From a virus, in IMG/VR virus record IMGVR_UViG_3300042923_000241, positions 1-64,000 of that record: DNA of 64,000 nucleotides; one strand, 5' to 3'. Position numbers and translations under genes: made by a program. The notes beneath the pieces were generated by a model that saw only the letters and a list, made by a program, of their open reading frames with translations, did no database searches and had not been told where the DNA came from. The stretch's first letter is position 1; the number at the start of each line of letters is the position of its first letter. Below, piece by piece: positions 9,518 through 20,138 of this stretch.

Positions 9518-11473
9518 ATGAAATTACTCAGTCTGGTTCTGAAAAACTTCAAAGGCATAAAAGACTTTACTTTGTCGGCAGATGGTGAAAATTTATCAGT
9601 TATGGCTGATAATGCAGTTGGAAAAACTTCACTCTACGATGCCTTTCTCTGGCTCATCACCAACAAAGACAGTCAAGGAAAATCGCTTGACGACTCAATT
9701 AAAACTCGCACGCCAGAAGGCGAACCGCTTCATCATCTTGACCACGAAGCCGAAGCAATTCTTGACCATAACGGCAGAAAGGTTTCGCTGAAAAAGGTTT
9801 ATCACGAGCTTTGGCCTAAGAAGAGAGGTTCGGCGAAAGAATCATTCTCAGGACACGAAACACTACATTTCATTGACGGGGTGCCGAAAAGCAAGAAGGA
9901 ATACGATGCTTTCATTTCCGGTATTGCAAGCGAAGATACGTTCCGTTTACTTACAAATCCCATGTTTTTCAACAGTCAGCTTCATTGGCAAAAGCGCAGA
10001 GAGATTCTTCTTGAAGTCTGCGGTGACATTTCCGATTCAGACGTAATTGCTTCTGATGTAAGACTGAAACCGCTAACGGCTATTCTCAACGGCAGAACTG
10101 TTGATGATGTGAAGAAAGTCATTAAGGCACAACAGAAGAAAGTCAATGACGAGATTGAGAAGATTCCTGGTCTGATTAACGAAAATAACCGCATGATGCC
10201 GGACGTTACCGCTTTGCCTTCAAAGGATATTCTTGCGATTGAAATTGCTACTTTCAGACAACAACAAGCGGATAAACAGCAGGAATTGGCGCGAGTCGAG
10301 AACGGTGGCGAGACTGCTGAATTGACCGTAAAGTTGCGAGAAGCCGAAAGTCGGTTGCTTGATGTTAAAAACAAGTGGCGTGAAGCAAATGAGGACAAGA
10401 CGTTCGCTAAACGGCAAGAATTTAATCGCCTTAACGCTGAACTGTCGAGCGTAAACACAAAAATTGAGCAGAACACTCGCCAACAACAGCACAACACAAA
10501 TCAAATCGAGCGTTGGGAAGTTGAACGCCAAAAGAAACTTGACCAATGGAACGCGGTTCACGCCGAAGTCTTTGAAAAGTCAATCGAATCAGTTTGTCCA
10601 ACTTGCAAGCAAGACTTGCCAGCAGATCAGGTTGAAACGGCGAGAAAGACCGCGCTTGAAGCGTTCAATCTCAGCAAGGCACAACGCAAGGAACGGATTA
10701 GCCTTGACGGCAAGGGAATTCGTGAACAAATCGATTCGTTGACGGCACAGAACAAAACTCTTGGTGCGGAATGGGACGGTTTAAACGACGATGCGGTTGT
10801 CCTGCGAAATAAAATGGCAGAGTTGCATGTTGAGATTAACGAAGTCAAACCTGCCGATTCAGTTGAAACCACGAAAGAATATCAAGGAGTCTTTGCGGAA
10901 ATTGCGGATATCAAAGGGCAAATATTCTTGTTGAACACGAAGAATCAGGAAGTCATTCAGCAAATCAAAACCGATATTGCTACGTTCGGCACAGAAATCG
11001 CCAACAGAAACGCTCAAATCGCTTCACATGACACAGCAGAATCCAATAAAAAGCGTATTGCTGAGTTGGAACAGCAAGAGAAGACGTTGGCTACTGAGTA
11101 TGAACGGTTGGAAGGCGAACTTTTCTTGATTGAGTCCTTTATAAGAGCCAAGGTTGATCTGCTAGAAGAACGTATTAACAGCAAATTCAAGATTGTGAAG
11201 TTTAGGTTGTTCGAGCAAAACATAAATGGTGGAATTTCCGAGATGTGTGAAGCAATGGTTGACGGAAATTCTTTTGGAAAAGGTCTAAACAGAGCAGCCG
11301 AAATAAATGCCGGACTCGATATTATCCGTGTTTTATCGCGGCACTACAACTTTTATCCTCCGACTTGGCTAGATAACTGCGAAGCTATAAGCAGACCGCT
11401 TGAAATGGACTGTCAAGTAATTCGCCTTTACGTTTCCGAAAAAGACAAGACGCTAAGAGTTGTAAAAAGCTAA
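9518..11473 (+). CDS. SMC/Rad50-like AAA ATPase
   Basis: LKNFKGI, Walker A NAVGKTS, long coiled coil with a CPTC hook, Walker B WLDNCE. Confidence 0.9.
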   Translation: MKLLSLVLKNFKGIKDFTLSADGENLSVMADNAVGKTSLYDAFLWLITNKDSQGKSLDDSIKTRTPEGEPLHHLDHEAEAILDHNGRKVSLKKVYHELWPKKRGSAKESFSGHETLHFIDGVPKSKKEYDAFISGIASEDTFRLLTNPMFFNSQLHWQKRREILLEVCGDISDSDVIASDVRLKPLTAILNGRTVDDVKKVIKAQQKKVNDEIEKIPGLINENNRMMPDVTALPSKDILAIEIATFRQQQADKQQELARVENGGETAELTVKLREAESRLLDVKNKWREANEDKTFAKRQEFNRLNAELSSVNTKIEQNTRQQQHNTNQIERWEVERQKKLDQWNAVHAEVFEKSIESVCPTCKQDLPADQVETARKTALEAFNLSKAQRKERISLDGKGIREQIDSLTAQNKTLGAEWDGLNDDAVVLRNKMAELHVEINEVKPADSVETTKEYQGVFAEIADIKGQIFLLNTKNQEVIQQIKTDIATFGTEIANRNAQIASHDTAESNKKRIAELEQQEKTLATEYERLEGELFLIESFIRAKVDLLEERINSKFKIVKFRLFEQNINGGISEMCEAMVDGNSFGKGLNRAAEINAGLDIIRVLSRHYNFYPPTWLDNCEAISRPLEMDCQVIRLYVSEKDKTLRVVKS

Positions 11474-11476
11474 AAC

Positions 11477-12127
11477 ATGAACAAAAACGAAAACATTGAG
11501 GGGTTTCGCGTTGGTAGACTTATAGTAAAGAAGTTTCTTGGTTCTACTGATAATTGGTCTGGACTTTGGGAATGTGAATGTGATTGTGGCAAAACAGTCA
11601 ATGTTTATAGTTGCTACCTGATAAACGGAGGAAGGAAAAGTTGCGGATGTTTAAAAGTCGACATACTCCGCGACAGAAGCACTAAGCACGGCCTTTCTGG
11701 CGGCGCAGGACACGCTACTCGTTTATACAGAATATGGCTCCATATGCGAGGACGCTGTTTTAGTAAAGACAAGTCGGATTACAAACATTACGGAGGACGT
11801 GGTATTACCGTTTGTAAAGAATGGGACGATTATAAATCGTTTTATATGTGGGCATATGCAAACGGATATAAAGACGACTTAACTATCGAGCGTGTTAACA
11901 ACGACGGAAATTACGAACCGAGTAATTGTAAGTGGGCAACAAGAAAGGAACAGTCGAGAAATACTAGGGCAAGTCATTTTATCACGTTCAACGGAATCGC
12001 AAAGACTTTAGCTGAATGGTCTGAAGACTTAGGGTTTAGCGGCAATTTACTACTGATGAGATTGCGCCGTGGATGGTCGGTAGAAAAAGCATTAACAACG
12101 CCAGTTAAAAAGGTTGAGAGGGGATAA
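11477..12127 (+). CDS. HNH-type homing endonuclease-like protein
   Basis: WECECDCG, SCGC, YGGRGITVCKEW, TIERVNNDGNYEPSNCKWAT. Confidence 0.85.
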   Translation: MNKNENIEGFRVGRLIVKKFLGSTDNWSGLWECECDCGKTVNVYSCYLINGGRKSCGCLKVDILRDRSTKHGLSGGAGHATRLYRIWLHMRGRCFSKDKSDYKHYGGRGITVCKEWDDYKSFYMWAYANGYKDDLTIERVNNDGNYEPSNCKWATRKEQSRNTRASHFITFNGIAKTLAEWSEDLGFSGNLLLMRLRRGWSVEKALTTPVKKVERG

Positions 12128-12130
12128 AAC

Positions 12131-13120
12131 ATGTCAGAAACAAAACAAACCAAACAAGTCGCCAAAGTTGAAGAGTCAATGGCACAACGCTTCACCAATA
12201 AAGTCATGTCATTATTTGGAACCACTGTAGGCGACATTAATCTTACCAAGTTTCAACAACGCCTAGCTCAAAATTATTTCATGAGCATCGACGCATCGTT
12301 AAGAGCAGCCGAAGAAAAAAGAATCAAGGGCAACTCCGGAAAGGAAGAACGCTATCAAAACCTGCTTCCTTACACTTGGACAAACGTTGATATGGAGTTG
12401 TTGTCGCAAAGCGTTGTCGCTGCTGCCAGGACGGGGCTTGACCCCGCACAAAAAAATCACATCAGCATGATTCCGTTTAAGAACGGAAACAAGTATGGCA
12501 TTGGTTTTATTGAAGGCTATCGGGGTATTGAGCTTAAAGCGAAGAAATATGGTCTTGATATTCCCGATGCAGTCATTGTCGAACTTGTCTACTCTACCGA
12601 CAAATTCAAGGCAATTAAAAAAGACCGCAACAACCGAATTGAAAGCTACGAATTTGAGGTAACAAATGAGTTTAATCGCGGCGAGATTGTTGGTGGTTTT
12701 TACTATCATGTTTACTCGAACAACCAAGAAAAGAACAAGCTTGTCATGTTCACATACGCTGACATTCTGAAACGCAAACCAAAATATGCGTCTGCTGAAT
12801 TTTGGGGTGGAGAGAAAGATATTTGGAAGGACAAGAAAGTTGTCGGCAAGGAAAAAATCGACGGTTGGCACGACATGATGTGTCATAAAACGCTTCACAG
12901 AGCCGCCTACAGCAATATCACGATTGACAGCCAAAAGATTGACACTGATTATCTTGCCTTGAACCAGCTTGAACAGCAGATGAACGACGCTACTGTTTAT
13001 GCCGAGATTGCCGAACACGCCAACAGCGAAGTAATTGACGTTACGCCAGAAGAAGCATGCGATGCGGAAATAGCAGAGATATTCCCGGCTGATGAAGTGA
13101 AAGCGAAGCCTAATTTCTAA
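12131..13120 (+). CDS. recT: RecT-family single-strand annealing protein
   Basis: GLDP...IPF...IEGYRG...ELVY..D.F pattern; lies in the AAA-RecT-MBL module. Confidence 0.85.
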   Translation: MSETKQTKQVAKVEESMAQRFTNKVMSLFGTTVGDINLTKFQQRLAQNYFMSIDASLRAAEEKRIKGNSGKEERYQNLLPYTWTNVDMELLSQSVVAAARTGLDPAQKNHISMIPFKNGNKYGIGFIEGYRGIELKAKKYGLDIPDAVIVELVYSTDKFKAIKKDRNNRIESYEFEVTNEFNRGEIVGGFYYHVYSNNQEKNKLVMFTYADILKRKPKYASAEFWGGEKDIWKDKKVVGKEKIDGWHDMMCHKTLHRAAYSNITIDSQKIDTDYLALNQLEQQMNDATVYAEIAEHANSEVIDVTPEEACDAEIAEIFPADEVKAKPNF

Positions 13121-13818
13121 TGGATATTCGGACGATTGCAAGCGGAAGTACAGGGAATTGCTACTATATCAGTGGCAATTCTCCTATCCTCCTCGACTGC
13201 GGGATTGCTTTCCCTGAGATACAAAAAGCATTGAATTACAAGGTTTCTGAATTGGTGGGATGTTTTTTGTCCCACTCACACGGAGATCACAGTCGAAGCA
13301 TTAAAAAAATGATGCAAGCAGGAATCGACTGTTACGTCAGTCAAGAATCGGCCAGCGAACTTTCGTTATCAGGCCACAGAGCAAAAATAGTCGAACCCTT
13401 GAAACCGTTTCAAGTTGGCGAGTGGACTTGTTTAGCGTTTCCTCTAGAACATGATGTGTATAATCTTGGTTATTTGTTGGCGAATAAGCACGGAATGAAA
13501 CTCGCCTATATAACCGACACGTTCTACTGTCGCTACAAGTTTCCTGGATGTACACATTTACTCATCGAAGCTAACCACTCCTACGAAATCCTTGACCAAC
13601 GTGTCGCATCAGGTTCTTTACCAGAAGCACAGAGAAAACGACTGATGCAGAGTCATTTTAGCCTAGAGAACGTGAAGAAGTTTTTGCTTGCTAATGACTT
13701 GTCAAGAGTGCATGAAATTTGGCTTTTGCATTTAAGTTCCGGCAACAGTAATGCAGAACAATTCAAGCGAGAAATTCAATCCACTTGCGGAATCCCTACT
13801 TATATTGCGGGAGAGTGA
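13120..13818 (+). CDS. Metallo-beta-lactamase-fold nuclease
   Basis: ASGSTGN, SHSHGDH, ITDT, IEANH, LLHLS. Confidence 0.9.
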   Translation: MDIRTIASGSTGNCYYISGNSPILLDCGIAFPEIQKALNYKVSELVGCFLSHSHGDHSRSIKKMMQAGIDCYVSQESASELSLSGHRAKIVEPLKPFQVGEWTCLAFPLEHDVYNLGYLLANKHGMKLAYITDTFYCRYKFPGCTHLLIEANHSYEILDQRVASGSLPEAQRKRLMQSHFSLENVKKFLLANDLSRVHEIWLLHLSSGNSNAEQFKREIQSTCGIPTYIAGE

Positions 13819-14594
13819 AAAAATGGACGAACAGACATTAAAATATCTGAAAGAGAAAGCGGATAAAGGACAAAGGTTACAGTCACAAATCAAGCAACTA
13901 ACCGACTTTGTTGTCAGAACACCTACATGTTCTTGTGCGAAAGTTTTAATTAGAATGAACGGAACTTGCAACTGGCATTGCTTGGATAATATTTTTGGTG
14001 AAGAAGAGACTTATCGTATTGTCGTTGAATCGCTAACAGAATCAACTAACAAGAAACTCGAAGAACTCAAAGCGGAATTTGAAAGATTGTAGGAGGAAAT
14101 ATCATGCCCATTATTGACCAAAGCCGTAGGTGTTCGTTTTGTAAGAAATGGCAAGGACAAATCAAACAACTTATTGCTGGCCCTGATTGCTTTATTTGCG
14201 ATGAATGTGTTGATTTGTGCGGCGAAATTCTTAAAGATGCCAAGAAAGATGCGGAGGAAAGCAACAATGCCTAACCTATCCGACTTCACAACAGACGAGT
14301 TGATTGCAGAAATCAACGAACGCGAAGAAATGCATAAAGTCCTTGACAGCGTTGGTGTCGATTCGCTGATTGAAGCGATTGACGAGAAGACCGGACTACA
14401 AGAATATAGCGTCAGACAAGGTTACAAATATGCTGTCTGCACCGAACACGGCGATGTTATCACCGATACCGACAAAGCACGAATTCTGATTATCGAGGAT
14501 TAGCCTAGAATCGTTTTACAACTTCCCCGCTTGTCATTCTACCTAAACTGCTATTAAAAGTGCTTGTGGCTCAACGTAGAGCGTCAGGCGGGGA

Positions 14595-15032
14595 TTGTTG
14601 CGACCTAAAAGGTGTCTGAAAGAAGCAAAAGGAGAGATGAAAATGAATGAAACGATTAACGGTGTCAAAGAAGCAGTAACAGGTTTAATGCCTTATCTTG
14701 AAAAGGCAGCAGAAAAGTTAGGCACAACGGCACAATATTTGTGGGCATTACAATTAAAACAAGCGTATGTATTGTTTTGGACAAACATTGTGTATATCAT
14801 TCTGACTTGTTTTGGATGGTTTATTTTCTACAAGGGAGCAAAAAAACTCACCAAAACGCAAGACAAAGATTTAGTGATGGGTCTTTTCATATTTCTAGTT
14901 TCACTAGGTATAGCATTAACGGCTTCAACTCTTGTACACCTGTCAAGCATTAACGAATATATGACAATGCTATTTAATCCCGAATATTGGGCATTAAGCG
15001 AAGTCGTAAAACTGCTTAGAGGTGGCAAATGA
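14595..15032 (+). CDS. Membrane protein
   Basis: Two hydrophobic helices and an NPEYWAL motif; true start probably near 14637. Confidence 0.7.
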   Translation: MLRPKRCLKEAKGEMKMNETINGVKEAVTGLMPYLEKAAEKLGTTAQYLWALQLKQAYVLFWTNIVYIILTCFGWFIFYKGAKKLTKTQDKDLVMGLFIFLVSLGIALTASTLVHLSSINEYMTMLFNPEYWALSEVVKLLRGGK

Positions 15033-15171
15033 TTCACCCCTACTACCTAAAATCGAATTATTATGCAATCTTATCGGCTATTTTCAATCCAAAACTAACA
15101 GTCAATTCTGCGATTGATGAGTTTTTCGACAGGCGGTATAAGACGGAAAAGGAAACTCAGGGAGGTACAAA

Positions 15172-15684
15172 ATGAACATCGCCGACATTCTGCCAAAACT
15201 TAAACCTGCAAAGCGCGGGGAAAGCGATAAGTACAGTTGGAATCTGTGGCGGTATCTTAACGAACACAGAAACGTCCGAATTTGTTGGTATAGCAAATCG
15301 ATAATTGACGGAACTCCAAGTCCGTTCGACCCTACAAAATCATTGCACTCGATGCAGACTTACGTCTTAATCGGCGATAACGGTACAATTGGAAACAGAA
15401 CCTACAACATTATAAGCAAAGGCGAGTACGGACTTTTTGAAAATTACAGCTTTTCTCAGTGGGATATAGATAAATTCATTGACATTACCGAATGGTTTTT
15501 CAAAGAATACCTACGAATCGGACGTTGCATTTTTGACAGAAATCATTGTGGTTGGTGGCAAGGTGCAGACGGAAGATTTACGCAGATTAACCGTAATTCT
15601 CGCAAGTGCAATTGGTGCGGTCAACATCAGCGAAGACGGATTGAGAAGGTTGTTAAGGTGGAAAGACGGGTTCGGTGGGAGTGA
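15172..15684 (+). CDS. Phage hypothetical protein with C-terminal Cys/His motif
   Basis: GGAGG RBS; GRCIFD..H...CNWCG. Confidence 0.7.
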   Translation: MNIADILPKLKPAKRGESDKYSWNLWRYLNEHRNVRICWYSKSIIDGTPSPFDPTKSLHSMQTYVLIGDNGTIGNRTYNIISKGEYGLFENYSFSQWDIDKFIDITEWFFKEYLRIGRCIFDRNHCGWWQGADGRFTQINRNSRKCNWCGQHQRRRIEKVVKVERRVRWE

Positions 15685-15695
15685 GTAAATTATAA

Positions 15696-16484
15696 ATGGA
15701 AATTGACTACATCAAACAAGGCAACTGTCTGGATTTAATGACGGAGTTGCCCGAAAAATCGATTGACATGATTCTTTGTGATTTACCATATGGAACGACG
15801 GTTAATAAATGGGACACCGTAATACCTCTCGATAAATTATGGGCGCAGTATGATCGGGTTATAAAAATTAACGGCGCAATAGTGTTAACGGCGGCACAAC
15901 CATTCACATCGACACTCATTGCAAGCAACCTTGAAATGTTTAGATATTCTTGGGTGTGGTTAAAAGAAAACGGAACAGGATTTATAAATGCACACCATCA
16001 ACCGTTAAAAATATGCGAAGACATATGTGTATTTTCAAAAAGCAAATCTGTTCCGAGCGCAATACAGATAGTCACCTATAATCCGCAAGGGCTAGAAAGG
16101 TTGGGTAAAATAGTTAGACGAGGTAGCGCAGGAGAAAATTACAATAAAAAAACTGTTAAAAACGAGAACTTCCAAGAGTTTACTAATTACCCGACAAATT
16201 TATTGTACTTCCCTAGAGACAAACAAAAACTTCATCCAACTCAAAAACCGGTATCGTTGTTTGAATATCTTATCAGGACATACACTAATCAAAACGATTT
16301 GATACTTGATAATTGTATTGGCAGTGGCACAACTGCAGTTGCGGCAATTAACACGGAAAGGCATTATATCGGATTTGAGCTTGACCAATATTATTTTAAT
16401 AATGCTAAAAACAGGGTACAAGAACATTTGTTTAACCGAACGATTAATTGTGAGATTAATCAGGAACAGAACGGATTGTTTTAG
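15696..16484 (+). CDS. DNA N4/N6 methyltransferase (beta class)
   Basis: CDLPYG, HPTQKP, ILDNCIGSGTT. Confidence 0.92.
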   Translation: MEIDYIKQGNCLDLMTELPEKSIDMILCDLPYGTTVNKWDTVIPLDKLWAQYDRVIKINGAIVLTAAQPFTSTLIASNLEMFRYSWVWLKENGTGFINAHHQPLKICEDICVFSKSKSVPSAIQIVTYNPQGLERLGKIVRRGSAGENYNKKTVKNENFQEFTNYPTNLLYFPRDKQKLHPTQKPVSLFEYLIRTYTNQNDLILDNCIGSGTTAVAAINTERHYIGFELDQYYFNNAKNRVQEHLFNRTINCEINQEQNGLF

Positions 16485-16497
16485 GGAAGGTGGTTAA

Positions 16498-17292
16498 GTG
16501 CCTAACAGATTTATCAAAGAGTCAATTTGCACAAGCGAAAACCTAGACAGGTTAACAGCCGAAGAAGAAGTGTTTTGCTATCGCTTAATTGTAAATTGTG
16601 ATGACTTTGGACGATTTCATGCAGACCCAATATTGCTAAGATCGAGATTATTTCCACGAAGAACAGAAAAAATCAAACCACAAGACATCGTGAAATGGTT
16701 ATTTGCCTTATCAGAAACAGCAAAAATGATTGGTCTGTATAAAAACGGTGACAAAATTTACCTGCAATTCATCAAATGGAGCGAACATCAACAAAAAAGA
16801 GCCAATACCAGTAAATTCCCTGCGCCAGACGACACAGAAAGTCAATTGATATCAATTGATATCAACGGTAATCATTCGATAACAAATGTTTCCGTATTCG
16901 TATTCGATAACGATAAACGTATTCGTAATCGTAAAACGAATAACGAGTCCGAATACAGTTGTGAGTTTGAAGAATTTTGGAAAGAGTACCCTAGGCAAGA
17001 AGCAAAGGCGACAACATACAAGCAATGGAATTTGAGAATCAAAAGTGGTGAATTAGTTATCGACATGATTAACGGCGCAAAATGCTATGCCGTTGACTGC
17101 AAAGGACGCGAACGCAAATTCATAAAATTACCTTCTACGTTCATTGGGCCGGACAAACATTATAAAGATTATGTAAGAGGAGTGCCGAATGGAACCAATC
17201 AGCAACAGCCTGGACAGACTCAAAACAAAACTAAATATCAAGACGATGAGTACGCAGGATTCTTTGGAAGAAATGATCCGACTGATTCCTGA
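16498..17292 (+). CDS. Replication initiator protein
   Basis: MPNRFIK...CDDFGRF N-terminus and FEEFWKEYPR C-domain; upstream of the helicase loader. Confidence 0.85.
   Translation: MPNRFIKESICTSENLDRLTAEEEVFCYRLIVNCDDFGRFHADPILLRSRLFPRRTEKIKPQDIVKWLFALSETAKMIGLYKNGDKIYLQFIKWSEHQQKRANTSKFPAPDDTESQLISIDINGNHSITNVSVFVFDNDKRIRNRKTNNESEYSCEFEEFWKEYPRQEAKATTYKQWNLRIKSGELVIDMINGAKCYAVDCKGRERKFIKLPSTFIGPDKHYKDYVRGVPNGTNQQQPGQTQNKTKYQDDEYAGFFGRNDPTDS
16843..16955 (+). repeat. Probable replication-origin iterons inside the initiator gene
   Basis: CAATTGATAT tandem repeat and repeated CGTATT/CGATAA units. Confidence 0.55.
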
Positions 17293-18079
17293 AATTTCCA
17301 AGATGCCAACACATGCCTTTGATGATGACTACCTGCGGATTTGGCAAGTATACGAACGGCGTAAAGAATGTCTCAATTGTAAAAAGCAAGGCGATGAGTT
17401 AGAAAACTGTGTCAGTTTTCAAGTTGATTATGACGAGCAAAAACAATCACTCGCCATATCCTGCAAGCGATGTGAAAAGCAAGAAACGCACTTTGCGAGT
17501 AAATACGTTGAAAAGATGCTCGGTCAGTCAATGTTAAGCAAACGATTCTTTGACCGGACATTTGAAACATTCAAAGTGGACAAGCAGAATCAAGTTGCTT
17601 ATAAAAAATGCCTTGCGTATGCTGAAACTTTCAAGAATCACTTAAAAGGTGAAGGTTTAATTTTGATTGGCGGTTACGGTACAGGCAAAACTCACTTAGC
17701 AATTGCCGTACTGCACAGAGTCCTAGAAAGTGGCATTGTTGGCGTTTTCTCTACTGTGCCTGAGTTGTTAGCTGAGATCAGAAAAAACTTCAACGAAGGC
17801 GCAACGGATAACGAGTTAATCAAGTTAATCAAGACAACGCCGTTCCTGATTTTCGACGACATGGGAACAGAGAAGACAACTGATTGGGTACAGGAACAGC
17901 TTTTTATCATCGTTAATGCGAGATATGAAAATATGTTACCGACAGTCATTACGTCAAACTGCACAATTCAAGAACTCGAAACAAAGATTGGCGCACGAAC
18001 AGTCAGCAGAATTATCGAAATGTGTGACGGAATTTTGCTTGACGGTGACGATTATCGAAAAAATAAGTTGAAAAAATGA
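17189..18079 (+). CDS. DnaC/IstB-like ATPase (helicase loader)
   Basis: GGYGTGKTHLA, IFDDMG, RYENMLPTVITSN, SRIIEM. Confidence 0.92.
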   Translation: MEPISNSLDRLKTKLNIKTMSTQDSLEEMIRLIPEISKMPTHAFDDDYLRIWQVYERRKECLNCKKQGDELENCVSFQVDYDEQKQSLAISCKRCEKQETHFASKYVEKMLGQSMLSKRFFDRTFETFKVDKQNQVAYKKCLAYAETFKNHLKGEGLILIGGYGTGKTHLAIAVLHRVLESGIVGVFSTVPELLAEIRKNFNEGATDNELIKLIKTTPFLIFDDMGTEKTTDWVQEQLFIIVNARYENMLPTVITSNCTIQELETKIGARTVSRIIEMCDGILLDGDDYRKNKLKK

Positions 18080-18092
18080 AGGAAAAACCAAC

Positions 18093-18716
18093 ATGCAAGA
18101 CAGATTAAATCAATTAATAGCGCAAGCAGCAGGCGGCGACGAAGATGCACTCAAAGAAGTCATTAACCATTATCGCGGTGCGGCAATTAAAAAATATCAA
18201 CGCAATAATTGGACTTTTGACATGGACGACTATCTGAGTGCAGCCGCAGAAGGTGTTTGGGAAGGCGTTAAGACGCTAGACGCAAAGCGAATGGTTAACA
18301 TCAACGCAAGAATTTGGTTGCATATCGTCGTTAGGGCAACAATCGGCAATTACATCAGAACAATGTCAACCATTAAGGCAAGAATAAATAGTTCGGCAAT
18401 GAGATTAGATGCACCAACACTGCTAACAAAGTACGGCAGAAAAATTGACCAAAAAATAACGGTTCTTGACACGTTATACGACAAACAAAATGCAGAAAAT
18501 GCCATTATAGACGGCATGAACATTCAAGAAGTGTTAAGCGATTTTACTGCCAAGCTGAGTCGGTTTGAACGAGAAGTCCTATGTCTGCAAGATTTAGGAT
18601 ATGGACAAAAAGACACATCAGAAGTGTTGGGTGTAAATCCGAAAAAGATTGACAACGCATTGACCAGAATCAGAAGAAAAGCCAATAAATTGCAGATTCG
18701 TGAACTGTTAGCGTAA
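18093..18716 (+). CDS. SigH-like RNA polymerase sigma factor
   Basis: GDEDAL..VI..Y; LSRFEREVL; KKIDNALTRIRRK resembles SigH KSIDNALQRVKRK. Confidence 0.85.
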   Translation: MQDRLNQLIAQAAGGDEDALKEVINHYRGAAIKKYQRNNWTFDMDDYLSAAAEGVWEGVKTLDAKRMVNINARIWLHIVVRATIGNYIRTMSTIKARINSSAMRLDAPTLLTKYGRKIDQKITVLDTLYDKQNAENAIIDGMNIQEVLSDFTAKLSRFEREVLCLQDLGYGQKDTSEVLGVNPKKIDNALTRIRRKANKLQIRELLA

Positions 18717-18731
18717 TAAGGAGGTGCTAAT

Positions 18732-19184
18732 TTGGGCGGTTATTTTGGAATTGGGATAGAGAACACGAAGGATTATCAAAACATCGGAACGCTTTACCGA
18801 AGTGCTTTTATTATGGGAGCATCGTTTATCTTCACCATAGGCAAGAGGTATCAAAAACAGTGTTCAGACACAGTAAAGGCATGGAGAAATATTCCGCTTT
18901 ACGCATACGAAACATTTGACGAGTTTTACAATGCAATGCCGTATGATTGCCGACTGATTGGCGTTGAGTTGGACGAGCGTTCAAAGCCTATCGCAAAGTT
19001 TTCTCATCCGAAACGGTGCATATACCTGTTGGGTGCAGAAGATGTTGGCTTGTCTAAAGAAGCACTGAGTAAGTGCCACGAATTAGTGCAACTTCCTGGT
19101 GACTATTGTCTGAATGTGTCAGTTGCAGGAAGTATCGTTATGTATGACAGGCAAGCAAAACAAGCCAGCAAAATAGCGATATAA
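18732..19184 (+). CDS. SpoU/TrmH-family RNA methyltransferase
   Basis: NIGTLYRSA, LLGAEDVGLS, CLNVSVAGSIVMYD SPOUT motifs. Confidence 0.9.
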   Translation: MGGYFGIGIENTKDYQNIGTLYRSAFIMGASFIFTIGKRYQKQCSDTVKAWRNIPLYAYETFDEFYNAMPYDCRLIGVELDERSKPIAKFSHPKRCIYLLGAEDVGLSKEALSKCHELVQLPGDYCLNVSVAGSIVMYDRQAKQASKIAI

Positions 19185-19337
19185 GAATTTCGTCCAAAAT
19201 TGCTACTAGATTCGTTTTTAATCTTTTCACAACAAACCTACCAAGAATCAGATTGAAACGCATGGCGGTATGGTTTTAGAAGAATCAGCATGGTTTAGAA
19301 TGCTACTTTCAGTTATCAAATGGTGAGAAGGTGAGAA

Positions 19338-20138
19338 ATGTTAGTTGAAAATACGCTGTTTGGAGTTAGGGATAAAGTGCAGATTGCTATTGACCGAATA
19401 AAGCAGTTTGAGCCAGAAGACGGATATTATGTGGCGTTCTCAGGTGGCAAAGATTCCTGCGTAGTGCTAGACATAGTTAAAAGGGCAGGAGTAAAATTCG
19501 ATGCTCACTATAATCTGACTACAGTTGACCCCCCCGAATTGATTTATTTTATTAGAGAAAATCATTCAGAAGTTGAAAAACACTTACCAAAATTAACAAT
19601 GTGGCAATTGATACCGAAAAAGAAGATTCCTCCAACAAGAATAATGCGTTATTGCTGTGCTGTTCTTAAAGAGGGCGGGGGACATGGAAGGTTTGTCATT
19701 ACAGGCGTAAGGTGGGCAGAAAGCGCAAAACGAGCGAAACGCAGAATGACAGAAACTTGCATGACGGACAATTCTAAAAGGTTCTTACATCCCATTATTG
19801 ATTGGTCAGATGAAGAAGTTTGGCAGTATATCAGAGAAAACAAACTGCCTTACTGTTCGTTATATGACGAAGGTCAAAAAAGAATAGGTTGCGTTATGTG
19901 CCCGATGGGCAACACAAAGGGAATGGAAGAAGACGCAAGGCGTTGGCCTAAAATCGCCGCAATGTACAAATGGGCGTGTAATAAAACATATGAACGGTTA
20001 GTTGAAGAAAATCCAGACAAAGAGCGCACGTGGAAATCAGGCGACGATATGTACAGTTGGTGGATAACCAATAAGGCAAGCGAGAAAGACAATGGCATGG
20101 TTGATATATTTGAAGATGGTCGAGTGGACTATGAATAA
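19338..20138 (+). CDS. PAPS-reductase-family protein
   Basis: AFSGGKDS, CCAVLKE, TGVRWAES, RIGCVMCP. Confidence 0.9.
   Translation: MLVENTLFGVRDKVQIAIDRIKQFEPEDGYYVAFSGGKDSCVVLDIVKRAGVKFDAHYNLTTVDPPELIYFIRENHSEVEKHLPKLTMWQLIPKKKIPPTRIMRYCCAVLKEGGGHGRFVITGVRWAESAKRAKRRMTETCMTDNSKRFLHPIIDWSDEEVWQYIRENKLPYCSLYDEGQKRIGCVMCPMGNTKGMEEDARRWPKIAAMYKWACNKTYERLVEENPDKERTWKSGDDMYSWWITNKASEKDNGMVDIFEDGRVDYE

Noticed and set aside
9982-10497. 171-aa minus-strand ORF
   Set aside because: Antisense shadow of the AAA ATPase coiled coil
12299-13141. 280-aa minus-strand ORF
   Set aside because: Antisense shadow of recT with no motifs
19338-20138. Phosphorothioation (DndC) or sulfur-assimilation system
   Set aside because: No partner dnd or cys genes; lone PAPS-reductase-family genes are common in phages
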